DNA of 63,896 nucleotides, filler included, from Licmophora abbreviata (taxonomy: Eukaryota): assembly GCA_900291995.1 (NCBI GenBank). It is 9 parts of 9 records of this genome, joined end to end, with 100 filler letters (N's around TTAATTAATTAA, not from the genome) between each part and the next. Parts side by side here need not be neighbours in the genome. Positions count along the whole stretch, not along the records: positions 53,167 to 63,896 come from OLMU01002696.1; 8 more parts are not named here. One strand, 5' to 3'. The position numbers and the translations under genes are program-made. Of this stretch, positions 59,141 to 63,896 are shown one piece after another. The notes beneath the pieces were generated by a model. It had not been told where the DNA came from. It did not search any database and saw only the letters and a program-made list of their open reading frames with translations. Numbering within the stretch: the stretch's first letter is position 1; each line of letters begins with the position of its first letter.

Positions 59141-61139
59141 ATGAGAGGAAATCTTCGCCTTCCTGTGGTTCTTTGGCTGCTCGCCCTCCCACGGCAACGA
59201 GGATACGGCTCGGCCGTCGGATTTTTGCTGTCTGTCAGCTCAGTTCCTTTTATTCGACCCGCTTGTCACTGCAGTCTTCCAGAATTTTCTCAAACTAATG
59301 GTGACGGGCGTCTCTGTGTCTCAAAATCATGTTTGACCGCAGAGGATCCAGTCAAAGCTGCCGCTACAGTCAAACATCACCCACCAATGTCCATTGTCGA
59401 GCAACATGTCTTGTCCTGGATCTCGCGCTTTTCCCATGACAGAGCATTCCTTGCCATGTTCACGGACACTTTTATGACTACGGAGAAGACTTCTACCAGC
59501 AAAGTTCGATTTTCCCGGCACGTACCATTGCTCTCGGCTGTGGCAGCGGACGAAGTACCCGTGATTGCACAAGAACCACCGGCGCGTTCTGGCGAGACGC
59601 CGACGGAAGAAAGCGTGCACTTGAAATTAGGATCGGAAGCTATCATGAAGCCGCATAAGGTCGAACATCAGGAAGACGAGGATAGAAACAAGCCTGCGTC
59701 CAACGAGACTGTGACGACGATGCTGCACACGTACACGGATCGTGCGACGAATGTTTCCCTGTCGGGACTCAACGTGCCGCGGCGAAAGTTCGCCGCGTGG
59801 GTCCAGTACACATTGGCTTCGAACCATACTGATAGTTCTACGAAAGTGGCAACAAGTCCCTTTGATCCTGTACGAATCGTGACTTCCGATATTTGCGTGG
59901 ATGATGATGAGGTTCGGAGTCGACTGCGTGAGCTATGGCGTCAACGCAGGCTACTGAGCGATAGGACCGAAGTTCTGGCCGTCTACAAGAGCGACACATC
60001 AAAACGTGGGAAAGTCAAAGAGCGTAGAGTATTGTCGTCGTCATCGAGACGCGGTGGCTTCCCGGATCTCTTGCACATTTATGCAGAACGACTGTCGGCG
60101 ATTATTGAAGACGAAATTGACGAAGGAAAGGTAGCGACGGGCGAACTAAGAGTGTTCAATATGAGTGGCGGTGACGGAGAAGAGCCGATACCACAGGACT
60201 TGCTGGATATACTAGACGGTGGCTTGCTGGGATGGCTGAAACGAGAATATGGAGTGCAAGAGACGGACAAACTGTGCGCTGCTAACATGCTACAAGCGTC
60301 CGAGTCGGTGCAGTATGAGGTGAGGCTGCCTGTGTCGACTCCCTACCCAACTTATCCTACATTCGCGCTAACGCTTGTCCTTCCATGCTCTTCAGTCGCT
60401 GCAGCATTTCTTGGAGTGGTTTCGAAGTCGGTTCCCGTATTACTACGATCGGTGCGATAGCTGTGGCGCATCTGCCAAGGATGATCCGCCTCCTTCTTCC
60501 GATCCTTCCGAGTCAAGCGACGCTGTGGACGAGGACGACGGAGATGGTACCTTCCTAGGATACGTCTATCCCAGTAAAGAGGAGCTTCTTGGGAAGGCCA
60601 GCCGAACTGAGATATATCAATGCCACAAGTGTGGCGCCTTTACTCGCTTTGCGCGCTACAATGCGGCTTCGTCGGTCATCAAGAATCGACGCGGTCGATG
60701 CGGTGAGTATTCCATGTTGTTATTCCGGATACTACGAGCTGCCGGTCACGAGAGTCGATGGGTAGTGGATTGGGCGGATCATGTATGGGCAGAAGTCAGA
60801 CTCAACAACAACTGGATCCATCTTGACCCTTGCGAGGCGGCTGTAGACCAGCCCCTCTTATATCAAGAGTGGGGCAAGCAGCAAACGTACATTGTGGCCT
60901 TTCACGCCCCATCCCCGGTAGAAGACAGTCTCGCATCAAACGTGTCCCATCACTCCGCTCGTCCTTATCTCCAGCGAAAGGTCCCTCTAATTGAAGACGT
61001 CACGACGCGCTATACAAGCGACGACATGGACAGTATTCGAAAACGACGAGACGAGAGTGCGGAAGAGCTCCGCCGGTCAATGAAGAAAGCTACTATTGAC
61101 CTAGAACACAAACTCAATGATCTGCTACAGGTAAAGTAA
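59141..61139 (+). CDS. Peptide:N-glycanase (PNGase/Png1, transglutaminase-like) with a long N-terminal extension, 2 exons
   Basis: FLEWF...F, CxxC...CxxC zinc pairs, RF.RYN, RRGRCGEY, DHVW.EV and W.HLDPCE (Cys-His-Asp triad). Intron 60320-60395. Start codon tentative. Confidence 0.87.
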
Positions 61140-61489
61140 ACACATAGTATCATTCTGCAGCGTGCCTCAACGTAGAAGACATTAGCATCACGTAGGCAGC
61201 GTAGGCCGCTGTAACAAGGACACTCAGTATCACCTTGCTTGGCACAATCACAATGCCTCTTCCACGGTCATTTCAAGTATGACCCTCCGTTCACGAGTGC
61301 AGTACCAGGTATGATACAATAAGGGCCAGGAATTCTGTACGATACTGCCGTAATAAATATGCACTGTCTCAGCCGTGTCATAAATTCAACTTGATAAGTT
61401 CATAATCCATCTTGATACTTACTAAGTATCATGACACGAGAGGCGAGCCTGAAGAGCCTGACTTTTGGCGAGGCATTGCGTGAGAGTTG

Positions 61490-62634
61490 ATGGACACAGC
61501 AAATCACGAGTCTTTCTCGTCTTTCGACGCACAACAACGTCCTCTCTGGACGCATCATTATTCTTCACTCCAACTGAGAGAGTCTTCACCTCTTGGCTCA
61601 TCTTCGAGAAGCTCAAACTGCAAGAATATGAAGTCGACCGGGGCTGAGATTCAGCACGACCGTTCGATCGACCTGCGCGCTATTCGCGACGAAGACTCGC
61701 CTTGGTCATCGGTCACTAGCGATAGCGAAAGTGGGGCGACTGTTGTCACACAGGGATCAAGCGACTTGTCTCGAGCGCCCTTCCCCAGCTTCTGCAACAA
61801 GATATCTTTCCCAGAGGTGGTAAGTGTCGCCATTCAGCGTGTGTCCATGTCCCACCTGCCTCAAAATGACTCTTCGAACGACTCACAATTCATACTCTGA
61901 CGATCTCTCCTATTGTGAAGCTCAAGGAGATTCTCTCTGACGAGACCAACTCTCATGCAATTACCTGGCTGCCTAATGGGCGTAGCTTTGTCATTGTGGA
62001 TCGGGAAAAGTTCTCGTCGCAGGTTCTTCCTCGACACTTTGGTGGCAAGGCGACAAAGTACACAAGCTTCACGAGAAAGCTAAGCCGGTGGGGATTCATG
62101 CGTGTTCAGGCAGAGTCAGATAAGAAAGCCTATTATCACAAGGTAAATTGCATGCAGAGGATGTCGAGTCTTGTGAATGCACCTATTCGCACGCCCCTTC
62201 TCACTAGCATTTTGTGACTCGCTCAGTTCTTTCGACGCGAAGGCGCAGCTCTTCACCGAATGGTCCAAAACAGAAGCAACAAGGTTGAGGAGACGCACAA
62301 GAAAACCGAGAAGGTTAAATTTAGGGTGCTACCTCTTAAGAAGAGACCCGTCTCTGATTCGCTTGTCAAGACGATTATGCTATCGGTCTCTGAAATGCCC
62401 GATAACACCATCGACATTCGCAGCTGCTCCGAGCTAGGGTCTCTCCTCCACGCCAGCCGACCTCATGCCGAGGTCTCAAGCCAACAGCAAGTCTTGAACG
62501 ACGCAGTGGTTGTACTCCTGCGCGGCTCAAGTCTCTACTCGTCGACATCGGTTAACCCTATGGCGATGCCGCAACGAGCCATGGACCTGCATCCACATGT
62601 GCTCGCTTCGGCTGGATTGACCTACCGAAGATGA
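61490..62634 (+). CDS. Heat shock transcription factor (HSF DNA-binding domain), 3 exons
   Basis: FPEVL.EIL......AITWLPNGRSF.I.....F...VLP.HF....KYTSFTRKL.RWGF...YYH.FF.R. Introns 61820-61920 and 62143-62226. Confidence 0.9.
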
Positions 62635-62750
62635 ACATGTACGCGGCACCCCGCATGGGAAAGCTCGTGAGACATCAAAGTTGAATAAGATATAATCATA
62701 GGAGATCTGCTATTTATCTCAAGTCAGCATCAGTATCTGCGGCACTGATT

Positions 62751-63854
62751 TCAATCGGCGGTGATCTCCATCTTAACTCCGTCCATGGAACCATCTTTTG
62801 ATGTGTCACGGTTGACACATTTCCTGTACAGGCCAACGAATGTGTCCAGTGCCTCTGGCGTCGTAAGAACATCCAGTGTTGTCATCTCTTCATCTGTTAG
62901 ACTAAAGTCAAACACTTGAGCATTCTCAATCATGCGCTCCTTGTTTACACTCTTTGGTGTGTAGACGAAGCCGTGCTGGACGCACCAGCGACCGAGAATC
63001 TGCGCAGGCGTCTTTCCATGGGTCTCTGCAATCTTGACAAGCGTTGGATCGCGAAAGGCTTTTCCATCGCGTAGGCTTCGATAGCTCTGCAAAACAAGAC
63101 CGTCCTCTTCCAGTGCTTCAATCGTCCTCTTTCGGTACAAGAATGGATTGATTTCGATCTGATTCACCAGTGGTGCTTCATCGACTCCAGCTTGCTTAAG
63201 TTCCAAGTAGTCCTCAAGTGCATAGTTGGAGACGCCTACGCCGCGGATCTTCCCTTCCTTCTTGAGAGTCTCGAGTGTCTTATACGCTTCGACGTGATGT
63301 CCGGGTACAGGCCAATGTACAAGGTACAGATCGACATAGTCCGTTCCAAGATCCTTCAGAGTGCGATCCAACTGAGCTCGAATCGCATCAGGGCCCCTTT
63401 CAATCGTCCTCGTCCACACTTTCGAGCAAAGAAAAAGTTCCGCTCGGGGTATACCAGACTTGGCAATAGCCTTGCCGACTTCGCTCTCATTGCCGTAGAA
63501 CTCAGCGCACTCCAAGAAACGATATCCACAGGCTAGTGCATCTGATACACAGTCTTCGGCTGTCCGCTCTACGGTCGTCGATTTTGTCGTCACAGCCGAC
63601 GAGGCTGAAGCTGGGATGAATCCAACCTTATAGGTTCCAAATCCAATGGCAGGATGCTGCATGCCGTCCCGTAGCTTGATGGTGGGGCAGTTCAGCAGCG
63701 CTTCCCGCGCTGCCTCATCCACCGTCGATGATGCAGAGAGCTTGGAACTCATTTTTCGGATAAACAATGAACGGGAGGAGAAGAACGCGTTGACACCAAC
63801 AGTTCTGGTAGCGCTCGCAAGGAACGTCATGTACGAAATCTGTACGAACCTCAT
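62751..63854 (-). CDS. Aldo-keto reductase, probably plastid-targeted
   Basis: VNA-FF presequence. Motifs P.IGFGT, Y.NE..VG.A, LF..SKVW, DYVDLYLVHWP, GVSNY, NQIE..P and PKS....R..EN..VFDF.L. Confidence 0.92.
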   Translation of the reverse strand: MRFVQISYMTFLASATRTVGVNAFFSSRSLFIRKMSSKLSASSTVDEAAREALLNCPTIKLRDGMQHPAIGFGTYKVGFIPASASSAVTTKSTTVERTAEDCVSDALACGYRFLECAEFYGNESEVGKAIAKSGIPRAELFLCSKVWTRTIERGPDAIRAQLDRTLKDLGTDYVDLYLVHWPVPGHHVEAYKTLETLKKEGKIRGVGVSNYALEDYLELKQAGVDEAPLVNQIEINPFLYRKRTIEALEEDGLVLQSYRSLRDGKAFRDPTLVKIAETHGKTPAQILGRWCVQHGFVYTPKSVNKERMIENAQVFDFSLTDEEMTTLDVLTTPEALDTFVGLYRKCVNRDTSKDGSMDGVKMEITAD

Positions 63855-63896
63855 TGCCTCGGCCTCATTCAGCGTGATGAAGCATCGCAGCATCAT

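Noticed and set aside
198..63536. Most short or antisense ORFs in the track (e.g. 1762..2454-, 3032..3709-, 19306..20028+, 31854..32588+, 35712..36353-)
   Set aside because: They are shadows overlapping well-supported genes on the other strand or frame and have no recognisable motifs.

Overview
Eukaryotic nuclear DNA, most likely from a diatom (probably pennate). The evidence is gene-dense sequence of roughly balanced GC content, short GT-AG introns of mostly 60-150 nt, and many bipartite ASAF-type plastid-targeting presequences. The window is a draft scaffold with eight artificial 100-nt N/TTAATTAATTAA gap linkers and several single-base indels that split genes. I built about 36 gene models by hand. 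They include PA200/Blm10-like, nuclear Psb28, two RUS-family genes, cyclin H-like, RRP42, a giant WW-FYVE-ARM protein, a long-chain prenyl synthase, Rad1, LipB, calmodulin-like, Rab11, P4H, PIN-LIKES, PNGase, HSF and an AKR. The standout is a ~1080-aa natural fusion of a catalytically intact HMG-CoA synthase with a catalytically intact (Cys-His-His) beta-ketoacyl synthase domain. It carries a mitochondrial-like presequence and lies 1.2 kb from the prenyl diphosphate synthase gene. Other highlights are a Gly/Lys-rich then Gly/Asp-rich membrane protein built from 12-39-nt symmetric micro-exons, a 47-aa KKxx membrane microprotein missed by the ORF track, a nuclear-relocated psb28, and a Cys/His tandem-repeat surface protein. 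I could not support any tRNA, rRNA, CRISPR array or transposon. All family calls come from motif recognition, not database searches.
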